Below are positions 1 to 12,210 of a stretch of DNA of 64,000 nucleotides, in pieces. Origin of the DNA: Intoshia linei (Eukaryota > Animalia > Orthonectida). The notes below the pieces were generated by a model. That model ran no database searches, was not told the origin of the DNA, and was given only the letters and a program-made list of their open reading frames with translations. The stretch covers positions 1 to 64,000 of the forward strand of contig LWCA01000046.1 of the NCBI GenBank assembly GCA_001642005.1, in the 5' to 3' direction. The position numbers and the translations under genes were made by a program. Numbering within the stretch: the first letter of the stretch is position 1; each line of letters opens with the position of its first letter.

Positions 1-351
1 TAATTAATAATTATTTCAATATGAATAGTCGTTATTTATTGACATAACACATGTTGTCACTTAATTTTTTACATTTTTGGGTAACATAATCATCAAAAGT
101 CATGATTAATATTTTATGACAGTTGAAATTGATGTGTCAGTCAGAAGTCATCAGTTATTTGATGAATTTAAATAAAATTTAAGCAAAATGCGACTCTAAA
201 GATTGTATTTTAAATATTGATATAATTTCTAAATTCTAACGTCAGTTATTAGTAAATTAGTTAAGTGTCAAAATAAGTTTCTAGATTTTGCACTATAGAA
301 TCAAAAATATATTTACCATTGATGGAAATTATGTATAACAATAATATTTAG

Positions 352-2900
352 ATTACGAAAAAATTAAAGTAATGCAATATGCAGATGCTTATGGCGATGA
401 AAGTTTGACAACATTAAGGCATATTTCTTTCGGAAGTTTATCCAAACTTCCCGCTATTATTTGGAAATTACTCAATAATTTACCATTTATGTTTGTAGTA
501 ATCAGTACAACCTTTGACTCCTTTTTAATGAATGGATTTGTTACCTTTATACCAAAAATTATGGAAACACAATTTACATTATCACCTAGCGGAGCTTCGT
601 TATATTCTGGTTAGATATTTATTATTTATTAAAGATTTATGGCGGTACGTATGTTTTTAATTCTTGAAATGCCACCGGTTCAATGATATTTTGCAGTATT
701 TAAAAATCGACTCATGGACCGCATGATCATAAATATTTATATATCAACAGAACTGATTAATTATAGTAAAATAGGTTGTGTTATCATACCTGCTGGATTT
801 TTTGGAACAGTAATTAGTGGATACATAATAAAAAACATGTCAAATCTTAAGAAAATTGGATTTGCGGCTGCAGTGTTCTGTATATCAATACCATTTGTGT
901 TTATATTTTTATTAAACTGCAGCACTGTGCCTGTAGTAGGAATGCAAAGAGGATATGATTATAAGTATATTTTGAAACATATTCAAATAATGTTAAATGT
1001 ATCATAAACAATTATGCTTCAAGTATTATAAATGATCTAAAACATAAACCAATAAAGCTTTAATTAAAAAACATTTAGACCAGGAATAGAAGTAAAAGGT
1101 CCAGTAACCATATACGATGAATGTAATAACAACTGCAACTGTCCAAAACCTAGAGGTGAATATATATGCCGTTTAAACGTGCAATCAGAGGATCCTCTAT
1201 TAGCATACCCATCGCTATGCTGGGCTGGGTGTTCTAATATTACTGATACTAAGGTAATAAGGTATACGGTGGTTTTTTTTCAATATGAATGCTAAAAGGC
1301 TGAATATTTGGTGTATTCACAATATGATATTTTATTGAATATATGCATATGTGAAATTCACATGAATATGTCAGATATATTAGAAGAAATGTTGAATTCA
1401 GCGAGAAATACGTGAATATCAATTTATATTATAATATTATAATTATAGACTATTCAATGATAAGTATGCATACTATAGAGAAACCACAGTACCTCTAATA
1501 ATTATATTAATTAATAATAATGATTGAAAAGTTTTAAACTATGCCATATTTTAAACACTTTTCATGAATACTACATGAATTATCTTTATAAATGTTCAGA
1601 TTGAATGTACTTGTCTAAAGGCCAATAGCACTATTTTGTCCAGAGATCAATGTGAAAATTTGTTAGAATGTTATAATTTATATATATTCCTATTGGGTTT
1701 ATCCGTTATTGTATTTCTAACATTCATGGCATCAACTCCTCTTATTCACGTTATTATAAGGTATTATAATATTTATCTTTACTTATATAATTAGTGTGGC
1801 CAGAAAAAAGACGTACTATCAATTTTAGTTTATTTGATGATAAATGTAAAGCCAAAACTATTTATCTATGATAACGAATAAAAATTTTCAGCTTAAACTT
1901 TATTCCAAATAAACTAAAAGTGATAGTACGTCTTTTTTCTGGCCACACTAATATAATATGCTTTTTTTGTTTGTGTGTATGTGTGTTACCGTTTATTTCA
2001 ATACCTACCAGTCTTAGAATTTTATAAAGTCTACATTTCCATTACAGTTTTTTCCGGGAAAATTCTGGAAGATTTTAATATTATCATATTATGTATTTTA
2101 TTAGGGCAAATTTTTATGTTAAATGCCGTTTTTTGAAGAAATAAGCAGTATTAAATTACAAGAATAATGATATCAATACTATATAAATTAATTAAAAATT
2201 ATATTTACTAATTAACGATTTGTCAAGCCAATCAATGCAATAAACAACTTTTTATTAAAAGGGGGGTAGCTTTGTTACGTTCTAATACAGTTTTTTTCAG
2301 GGATATTTTATATTTATGTTTCATTACCCGAATTTAAGTCCTTCACGGTCAAAAACCCAATTTTCCTCTTTTTTTAAAAATGAATTTATTTATAAGTATT
2401 CCATGGTGGGAAATGTTTGTCAACCACTGGGTTAGACTTTACTCTTTAATAAGTAGTGTTGGTTATATGCACGTGTGTGTAATTATTTTTATTTAGAGTT
2501 GTGCCGTACACTCAAACGTCTATTGCATTAGGATTATCTTGGCTATTTGCACGAACATTTGGTACTATTTCCATAATATAATATTTAATTTGTTAGTTTA
2601 TAATTATTAGTACCAAATTAATATATAATTATTATAATTGTATTTATTTGTCTTGTTAATAATGTATTGTAATATTATTATAATAATATTATAATTATAC
2701 TTAAAATTTTAGGCACAATACCTGGACCAATTTTTTTTGGGTGGTTGATTGACATGTCATGCTTATCGTTTAGTGACAGCAGTATTTGTCTTTATTATGA
2801 CAACAATATGATGAAAAAAATGATACTGGCCATCAGTATAATTATTAGATCAATTAGCTTTATTACGTTATGTATTGCATGTCTTGTTTATAAATTATAA
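352..2900 (+). CDS. SLCO: Organic anion transporting polypeptide (OATP/SLCO family), 3' exons; 5' part lies upstream of the window
   Basis: Spliced exons 352-609, 775-964, 1079-1253, 1600-1760, 2497-2561 and 2713-2900, all GT-AG and in frame. OATP motifs: GFVTFIPKIMETQFTLSPSGASLYSG, a Kazal-like loop (CNNNCNC...YPSLCWAGC) and [29 protein letters not shown]. Stop TAA at 2898-2900. Confidence 0.92.
1776..2400 (+). mobile_element. Degenerate copy of the non-autonomous Helitron-like family, interrupted by a MITE
   Basis: Starts A|TCTTTACTTATATAAT and resumes after the MITE with ATG...TTGTTTGTGTGT...GTTTATTTCAATA..CAGTCTTAGAATTTTATAAAGTC, matching the copies at 8158 and 39350. The 3' end is uncertain. 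Confidence 0.6.
1792..1950. mobile_element. 159-bp MITE with ~45-bp TIRs and a 7-bp target-site duplication
   Basis: TAGTGTGGCCAGAAAAAAGACGTACTATCA...TTTG (1792-1836) is inverted at 1906-1950 with one mismatch. ATATAAT flanks both sides (1785-1791, 1951-1957). A related copy is at ~27800-27906. Confidence 0.85.
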
Positions 2901-3033
2901 ATACATTTGATTTTATTATTCATTATTGTATACGGGAAAAGTTCCCAAAGTTTCGTTTCAGTATGAAATGAAGAAAAGAGCTTTTAGTTTTGATTTAATT
3001 TTTCCAGAAAAAAACGCATGTTTACCTGTAGAA

Positions 3034-3612
3034 CAGCGTTTCCCAACCTTTTAAGTATCATGCCCTATCTTTATCATTACGAAATTTCTACGTCTTTCTA
3101 TGATTTATAGTAAATATTTTGATGTGGTCTCCTAACAAATTTTTTTATATATAATTTTTTATGTTTATATATTACAGCGAAACAAACTGGTGTAAAAAGT
3201 TAAATTCAAATTTAATATACCTAAATATAACATACACTAAATCGAATTAATTTATTATTTTTGAGTTTGGTGTAAATATTTTTAGTTTATCAAAAATATG
3301 CGAATTTACCAAAGTTTAGTTTATCTTGTTCAAAAATTATCATTGCTGTAACTTTACTTAGTACAGTTTACCGCTGTGTTTTAATAGTAGTTATAACTTA
3401 TAACTTAAATGTGATGTAGTCAATGATCATCATTGTAATCAAAAACGCATGTAAAAATACCTCTAAAAATATATGTAAAGTTTAATAAAAATTTGTAACA
3501 ATAGAAATCATTGATAACTAATCAATTATTTTGTTTTCTAAAATTTTTAAAACCCAACCAAATATTCAAAATTCCCACTCAAAATTTCTAAGCCCCACGT
3601 TGGGAATCACTG
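3034..3612. mobile_element. hAT-type MITE
   Basis: TIRs CAGCGTTTCCCAAC / GTTGGGAATCACTG. 8-bp TSD CTGTAGAA / CTGTAGAC (7 of 8 match). Confidence 0.75.
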
Positions 3613-4829
3613 CTGTAGACTATAAAAAACCAAATTAATAATCTCATAACCATGAAAAATACATTGCGAAAGCCTACACAAGTATATGTCATTCGTGAAT
3701 CTATACTTTGCGTAATATCAACGTTATTCACCTTTTAATATTTTTATTTTGTAAAACGATACGTCACATTAAAAAAAAATTGGTTAAAACGCAAATATAA
3801 TTTTTTTGAAAAACGCTATTAAGTTAATAGCGTTAATAATTATAATTACTAATAATTAACAACTCGCAGTGTTAGAGTTATAATGTTCTATCTGCATTTT
3901 TGTCAAAAATGAAGTTTGTAATGAAAAATGTTTTAAATCATATCTTTTACATTTTTACCAAAAAAATTAAGCTAGAAAACGTATTATTTTATGATATAAC
4001 GAACATTTACTGGTTCTATCCTATTTAATTTAGTTTAGTTATGAAGTTTATTTTTTTGCGTTAACTAGATATCCCTACAAATCAAAGTTAAAATTGAATC
4101 TAAAGAAACAACTAATTTTGCATCAAATACAAACTATATTATACAGTGAGTAAATTATAATGTTATGGTAATTTGGTGGCACTATTTGGTGAATAAATTA
4201 TGATAATTTTATTTTCTTTGAAATAAATTTTTCTATATAAGCATTTCAATACGTAAATTTATGTTGAAGCTGTAAGTGAATAGACAATATATGCCTGAAA
4301 ATTAAGATATAAACATAAGATATATAATCATACGCTGAGATATGAATCATCATGCAGCTTATTACTGTACTAACTGGTAATTAGAAATAATAAATTCAAT
4401 AATTATGAAATAAAGTTATAATCATATTAAAGTCGCTCAATGTATTTTTGGTTCAGTGTAGTTTTCACAATCGATAAATATTAAAAAACTAAATTGTATA
4501 ATTAAATGTCAACATAAAAATTATATTTTAGGCAATGTAGTACTTTTAAACTTTAAAGTCGATTTATGAAAAATTATGTTTTATGCAAATAGTACATTAT
4601 AACACTGCGAACTGTTAATAATTAACAGTTGCTTTTTATTTGGATGTCAGCGTTGTTTGGTATTATCAGCTCAGAGCTGCTATCAATAACAAATCGACCA
4701 TCCCTGTTTATTGGTACAAAGTAAGATTTTGATGAATGTTGTGAAGATAATAAACTACTTTGCAGTCATTTTTATCAATCTTTATTTATTAAAATAATTT
4801 TAAATCATGGAAACAAAATATTAACAAAA

Positions 4830-7672
4830 ATGATAAAAAGTTTATTTAATAAAAATTTCGTGCGTGGATCGATACAACCTCCAAAGTGGGTTAAAAATGT
4901 AAAAAAAGATAAAAAATATTATAAACGAATTGATTACGGCATACCTGTAATAAATGACTACGAGCACACGGAAATGTTGGAATTTAATAAAAAAATGAAA
5001 GGTAAATAATTATTTTTGTCAATTATAACATATCCATAACATGGTCCATGAAATAACTGTTTAACTGCACATATTGTGGAAATTAATTCATCTAAACCAG
5101 TTGTGGCATGCTAATTTTGAGATAATATTCAAAAATTATTTTTTGGTGTGTTTTTCAATAAAAAAATTGTTACTGAGACTTCCAATTGAAACTAAAGCTA
5201 AATTTCTTACATATATGAAAGAAATAGAGTAATTTTTTATTATATTTTTCAATGGAATGAATACTGTCCATTCAGAAAGCTTGTAAATTTTGATTACAAT
5301 TGTATACGCAAGTGAACCATATTTAATCATGGATTTTATTTTTTTTAAATTAATAATATATTACCTGTATCAAAAATGGTGACAATAAAAATAATATCAA
5401 AATCTTGATAATTGTAATATTGTCATCTGTGTTAAAAATATTAATATGGCGCGAATAACAATAATACCAAAACCTTCATAGTTGTGATAGTAGATATTTT
5501 TTTCAAGATTTAAAATACAAAATCATATATTAGACGGAATGGGGTTGTCGAATATTTGACATGGCTGCTGTAAATTTATTTATATTAGAGCGTTTATTAA
5601 AAAATGAAAAACTTGGAAACTGTATTGGTCCAAATCAATCAAATTTCAAAAACAGAAAATGTATAGATTATTTTTCGATGGCAAAACTGCACAACATATA
5701 TAAAGATTTATTCAACAACGACTTTTTCTATAATTTAGAAGATTTTGTACCATATTTTCGTGTCAACGATGATAAATATCCTGTTTATTATGGCAATATT
5801 ATTCCGTGCAACTTGGTAATTATAAAATTTAAATTATTTCAACGTCGATTTAAAATATAAAATAAAAGAAAAATTGGAATTTATTACATTTAGACCACAA
5901 AACAACCCACTGTAGATATAAAACCAAATCAAATTGTTCAAATAGTCTCACCAGATGGCAATATTTTTCAAGGAGGAGAATACTTGCATTCGCTTGTGTA
6001 TTCATAGTTTAGTCATGTCATGCATGTAGTGTATTTTAGAAGCGATAAAACTATTCATGTTTCTTACATTCCTCCATTTCCAGCTAGAGGCTTTGGGTTT
6101 TGTCGTTATGTATTGTTATTATATGAATACAATGAAAAATCGGATATTTCAGGATATGTGGATGAATTTGTTTCAAAGTAATATATCAAAGTTGTGATTC
6201 AACATTTTAGTTATAATCATAACTTGATCGCGGTTTGGCATGTGACATTATTTCAAATTATTAGTTTTTTCATAATTATCAAAGCATTATATAAACTATT
6301 GTGTTGTAACTTCAAAATTTAATAAATACAAGAATTTAATAGAATCTAGGAACCATCGAATAGAGAATGCTGATTTTGATTAAATTATTTTTTAATATAA
6401 TTGGATAATTCCATTTTAGAGAACCAAAAAGCAGAAAATTTATATCTCATCACTTTATTAACAACGTCAAAGGTCTTAAACCCATTGCATTATCATTTTT
6501 TCAATCTCAACATGATAGTTCTGTTAAGAATGTTTATTACAATATTTTGGGTAAATAGATTTAAAATATGTGCAGTAGGGTGTGCACTTTTTACACTTTT
6601 GTTTAAATTTAAAAAAGTATATTTTACTGAGGTTTGGAAATGTAATTTAGAACATCATTATCCAAAAAAATTTTAAAAATGCTGCAATTTTATCAACCAA
6701 TTTTTTTTTGTTCATCTTTTTTATAAACTATAAATAAGAACTTTATAATAGTTTATTTTTGTATATAATATTTATGCAATGATAAATGTATTAAAAAAGT
6801 GCACTTTGATGTGCAGTATTCTTTCTCTTTGGCAATGTCGACTTGATATAATTTATCGAAATAGTCAAGGAGTAGCCAACAAACTACATATATAATAATA
6901 AATACATTAGGGACAGATTAAGCGGGGCACTTATTCCAAAATGAGTAATATAAAACATACATTTTTTAAAATCATAAACATTATAATTCGAAAATCAAAA
7001 ACTATATACTTTCACAATGAGACCGGCTTACTTTTTTAAAAACAAAAATGGTCCTACACTGTATAGCAATGTTTGTGTTACCGCAGTGAAATAGTATTTT
7101 TATGAATTAACACTGCGTGTTATATACTTCATATGCAGTACTTTGAAAATATAGAAATGCTAAAAAAATTCAAATGTTAGCACAGGCAGTGTTAAGGGGT
7201 ATCAAAGTAGAAAAAGGTTAAGGGAACCCATGATGACTACTCAACTGATGAATTTTAGAGATAATACTTTACATTAAATATCATGACACGAAATGAAACT
7301 AAAAATTTATTCACTAGATACGAAACAACCAATTTTTAAATATCAAGGAGATATAAATTACGTTGAACAAATCAACCCTTACGAATTTGGTGTTGCGTTT
7401 GATGAGTAAATTTTAATTTAAAACTTGACACCAATTTTCCATGAATATAGAAAACCTTTAGATACTTGGATCAGTATCAGAGTAAAGAAGATTTGGACGA
7501 AAGAATATTTAAGGAGAAGATGTCAGAAATATCTCCATTCTATTCAGATTATGTAAAAAATCCTTTGAAATATCCTTTGGTGCACAAACTCAAAGAAAGT
7601 GGCTCGTCTTGGTTAAAAACCAAACGACAACATCAAATTAATGGAACGAGTGTATATTTCAATCGGAATTAA
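4830..7672 (+). CDS. MRPL38: Mitochondrial ribosomal protein mL38 (PEBP-like domain)
   Basis: Exons at about 4830-5001, 5589-5815, 5894-5997, 6040-6177, 6420-6550, 7318-7405 and 7461-7672, GT-AG and in frame. Motifs: AKLHNIYKDLF, PVYYGNIIP, SPDGN..GGEYLHSLV, SYIPPFPARGFGFCRYV, LSFFQSQHDSSV and YLDQY. The start ATG is inferred. Confidence 0.85.
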
Positions 7673-8157
7673 ACTATTATTATGTACACTAGGACCTAGT
7701 GACTAGCGTGTCAATTATTCTAGAAACTTAGGTGTGTATTCAAAATATTTAATGATTTAAAATCACTTGGTCAAAAGGTTGATCCTGATATTTTTAAAAA
7801 AAATTAGAATGGAACAATATTTCATCAGCAACTGTTTCACAAGTTTAATACGCCAATTAATGTGCTATTCGTATTTCCAATGAGTTTTTTTTGGAAATTT
7901 TTTTGTATCAAATTAAGCATGGTTCCAGTTTTTTAATTTTGTGTCTTCGATCTTATTTACGAACGTTAGGTGTATAGAGTTTTAAAAATATAATATATAA
8001 TGCAGTTTTTCGAGGATTAGGATTCAGAAATTTAGTTTTTCAAGGTAAAAACACCAAATTCCCCATCCTATTTTTAAATATAAAACGACACCTATAATTT
8101 TTTTTAAATTTTAGTAATAGTATTTTAAAAAAATAATGAATTTTCAGTTTTCGTTCA

Positions 8158-8645
8158 TCTTAACTTATTTAATATGGTACGCGCTTTTTGTTTGTGTGTG
8201 TTCCACTTTATTGAAATAACTAACAGTCTTAGAATTATAAAAAGTCCACATTTCAATTACAGTTTTTTCCGGGACGTATAATAAGATAAATTTCAACCTT
8301 TCAAATTCACATCTTACGGGTCAAAAACCTCAGTTGTCCCTCTTTTTGAAAATCAAACGACTTTAAATTAAATATAATTTAAAAATAGTTTTTCAGGGCC
8401 AAAACCACAAATTACCCTTTTTTTTTTAATGAAAACAGCCCTATAATTTCAAAAAATTTACAGGTTGTACAGTTGTACCTTGTTAACACACACAGAAAAT
8501 TTCAATTCGAATAAGTGACGACTTCACAGTCAAAAAAGCATTTTAGTATTCATATTTTACGTGAATTTACTTTTTAAGTATAATAAAAATGTGCTCTCGG
8601 CAGAGCTTGGTCCTATTTGTACGTAGTACATAACAGTCAACCTAG
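8158..8645 (+). mobile_element. Non-autonomous Helitron-like element, full length
   Basis: 5' A|TC, 3' CTAG|T, no TSD. Subterminal hairpins GCTCT-CGGC-AGAGC and TGTAC-GTA-GTACA. GT-rich microsatellite near the 5' end. Collinear with 58987-59527. Confidence 0.75.
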
Positions 8646-9283
8646 TATTAATATAAAATAATATTTGAATTTTAATAGAAACTACATTTGTAGTATCATT
8701 AAAAGGAGATAATTAAATTTGTTAAGGGTTAACAAAAAATAGGTTATTAATTACTTTTTGTAGACATGAAATTTTTATTGTATTTTAAAATTCAGTTTCA
8801 ATTAATTCTGGCGTAATCCTAGTTCTCCAAATAGATGTGATTAACCTCACTGCAGAAAATTTATTTTTAAATGAATATATTTCAAATGTTATTAATAATA
8901 ACTTATATTATAAAAGGTGTATAAAAACTAAGCAAGCTCTCCTTTTAATTTTTTGAATATACATTCTTGACAATACTAGTTCTACTGTGATACATAAAAT
9001 TGTATTTTGCATGATCCAGATCGAAAGCTGATCATTTAATTATATTACTAATATATTTTTAAAAAATCAATGAAAGTGAACATTGTTACATGTCATCTAT
9101 CAAGTTTATTTTATATGCAATTTTGTCTAGTCAAATATAAACTTTAAAATATGCATTTTTAATTTTTTTATTAGATTGTAGATATAACTTCACCATATTA
9201 ACCCCTACACCCATAAAATATTCAATTAAGTGTCTATATTAGTTTTTGTATAATTTAATGTAAAGAAACCAAAGTGTCTAAGG

Positions 9284-10140
9284 CAGTGGTTCTCAACCCG
9301 TGTTCCGCGAAACTTAATTGGGGTTCCGTGAAATATAAATGCGATATTTATCAATTTAAAGTTTTTCTAAATTACTGTTGTATGCAATGAAACAACATCA
9401 TTTCCAAATTTAAATCAAAAAAGTATTATACGTGGTGTGTATTTGTTGTGTGTACGTTGTGAGTATGGGAACCTGAAAAATGATGTTTAAAAGTAATAAT
9501 TCAGATTATCTTTATGAGAAATATTGTAAAGAAGGTGGGTTTTTACTGGTCCAATTTTCTTAAATAATTTAAATAACTTACTTACCTCTTTGTAATGGTA
9601 TTTAACTGAAAAGTTATCTCTCATGCTTCTTAGTAGTGTGAGGGAGGCAACTGGTTTTACCGGCTAAATTCCGTGTGTTCCTTACTCCTTGTGGGGAGAT
9701 GGGGGATCTTGGCAAAGAGCGTTATTAACTCTTCAAAAAAAGGACTTTAAAAAATTTAGGATGTTACTTAGAAGAGTACCATCCACCACTGATAATCAAA
9801 CCTCGAAGAGGGTAGGATTAGGGGTTTCCCGGGAAATTGTGAGTATTTAAATTTTGGTGACGAACAAGCTTTCCAAGTATAAATAAAATAGATTTTTTTA
9901 ATTAGAAAGTTATAAGAAAATTGAAAAGAAAAAGCTCTTAGATATATTTTAAGAACCATTCTCATTGAGAAGGAAATATAAATTTATGTTTTCAATATTT
10001 GAAGCGTAATTTTTTAATTAAAAATCAAATTATTTTATATATGCGACATGCGAAAAAAAATTTTGATCATGCTTTTAGGTACCGCGACTTTTGGCAATTT
10101 CATAAGGGTTCTACACAGTAAAAAAAGTTGAGAAACACTG
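9284..10140 (+). mobile_element. hAT (Buster/Charlie-like) non-autonomous element
   Basis: TIRs CAGTGGTTCTCAAC / GTTGAGAAACACTG. Perfect 8-bp TSD GTCTAAGG (9276-9283, 10141-10148). Shares its 5' end and a 3' block with 25760-26350. Confidence 0.88.
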
Positions 10141-11196
10141 GTCTAAGGGTTAAATAACTCCGTACTTTTTAAAAAATTAAACACACTAGTTTACACTTGC
10201 AAATTCCGGTAAAGAAAATATGCTTTGGATGCCTAAAATTTCAAAAAATTGGATGCGATATTATAAATTTGTTACGCTTTCCATAAAGGGTTGCCTTACT
10301 TAAAAGGAGGTTACTAGGGTTGCATGATTTGAAATGTAAATATCAATAAAATTAGTACAATTTATTCACAAAAAAGTATACTATAAACGCTTTGCAAGGT
10401 GGCGATCCTTCATCTAAAATAAATACATTATTAACCATTACTAAATTCTCGATAATATCCATTTTTGAACATTACACACAGTACAATTATACCATTGAAT
10501 AGTATCCATACAGTACATTGTACGGTAAGTTCAGGGGGAAATGTTTTAATCCGTTTGATACTGGATTTGTAATTCAGAATAAAGTGTAAATTACCACGTT
10601 CGGTGAGTTTGATTTTGTTCCTAAAATAAATTAAATGAAAATAGCCGAGTACGCTCGAAAAAAAACAATCTCAAATGAATAACAATGAACAAAGTGACAA
10701 TTAAATAAATTGAAATTTATAAAATGCAGATTGTGCTATGCACTGTATAGTAACTACACAGAGCTGGAGGAATACATCAACCTCTCAAAGCCCCTAATCA
10801 CATGTTCATCGGACTCAACTTAAAAGTTTTGATATTTTGAATTTGACATAAAATAAATTTCATTTCATGCTCAATTTGGAAAAATGAGGCTAGCATTTTG
10901 CAAATTTTTTTGAGGCATCCGAAGAGGTCTCTTGTACAGTAGCTACCAATTTAAATCAGTCCATTATTTTTCAACGTATTGCCTATTCTCATCAACATTA
11001 CAGTACATACCACAACCAGTTAATTCCAACCACCTTAGCCTTATAATTTCAGCTTCAACTTGATAACCATTCATTTAAATCAAGGATGGGAAACCTACGC
11101 CCGTGAACTGATTTAAAGCGGTCCGCTTGCTTTTATTTTAAATTTTTTTATATTTGTTAATCATCTTTCATTTTACTAAATACTAATAGTGAGTAG

Positions 11197-11918
11197 TAGG
11201 GTTGGCAATCGATAAAATGTTTGGGTAAAATTAGTTTTATCGGTAAATTCTTTTTTAAATTTATAACGTTAAATCCTTACTTATATAAAGTAATTTATTT
11301 AAAAGGTATGTCTGTTTAATTATTTTTTTGTTTCAGTTTATTTAAGAAAGTCAGAGGAGTTGAATTTTAAAAATGAATATTTATATTACAGTTTTTCGAG
11401 AGTGATGTTTTATCGCAAATTTTATTTTTATTATTAAAAATTTCGCGAATTATATAAAAAATACACAATCTGATAAAAATTTTAAAATCATCTACATTAT
11501 CATAAATCGCAAACACAAAAAAGTGCATTTTCACGATCCATTCACAGATTACTCTTTTTTAAAAAAAAGTAGTTGATACAGATCCAGATAACACAAAAAC
11601 TATTAAACACATCAATAGATTAATTATCAATTTCGAAAGACAAATAATGAGAACTGGTAATGTAAACATGATATAGCCTCACTGAAAAGTATTAAACCTA
11701 CAATTGTAAGTCAGAATTGTATTTTATGCTGTCGATAATATAATTACTAAATTTCGACTAAGAATATCCGCAGATGTTAATAATAAATTGACATTTTTAA
11801 AATACTATTTCAAAAAATAAAATAAATTAGTTTTGTCCTTTCAAAAAAAAAAACCGGTCAAAATAAAATGTATCGGTAATTTATAAGTTAAAATGTATTC
11901 GGTAAATTGCCAACCTTA
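11197..11918. mobile_element. Inner hAT-type MITE
   Basis: TIRs TAGGGTTGGCAAT / ATTGCCAACCTTA, with subterminal (T)CGGTAA(A) motifs at both ends. The TSD is degenerate (GTGAGTAG / GTGGATAC). Confidence 0.6.
11274..11650 (+). mobile_element. Helitron-like fragment, innermost in the nested stack
   Basis: 5' A|TCCTTACTTATATAA is identical to the family terminus. The internal ATCATAAATCGCAA..CAAAAAAGTGCA block is shared with ~45060. The 3' end is not clear. Confidence 0.55.
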
Positions 11919-12210
11919 GTGGATACTAATTATCTCATTTAATGAATTAATTCTCAAAGGTTAATTGTTTGATGAAAAAAATTTTTTGATAAGATAGAAA
12001 GGTTTTTAAATAATAAGTAAAGAGAGCATAACAGAATCATTAATATCGTGTGGTAAAATGAATGTTATTATTTAAATTTTTAATGTGTCCTGAGTCAGTA
12101 ACTAGACCTCCAAATTATGAGAATCTACCATCCGTCCGTTACCATGATAAGGTTTCCCACCCGATTTAAATGATGACACTTCACTAAAATTGGTAATTTT
12201 TCGAGGTAGT

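Larger units (their letters stand above)
11081..12163. mobile_element. Outer hAT-type MITE of a nested stack
   Basis: Degenerate TIRs CAAGGATGGGAAACCT / AGGTTTCCCACCCG. 8-bp TSD ATTTAAAT (11073-11080, 12164-12171). Confidence 0.72.

Noticed and set aside
10380-10620. Additional minus-strand exons of THOC2 or a small gene
   Set aside because: Acceptor-like TTTTAG sites exist, but no consistent frame or recognisable product could be built, and THOC2 already stops at 12211.
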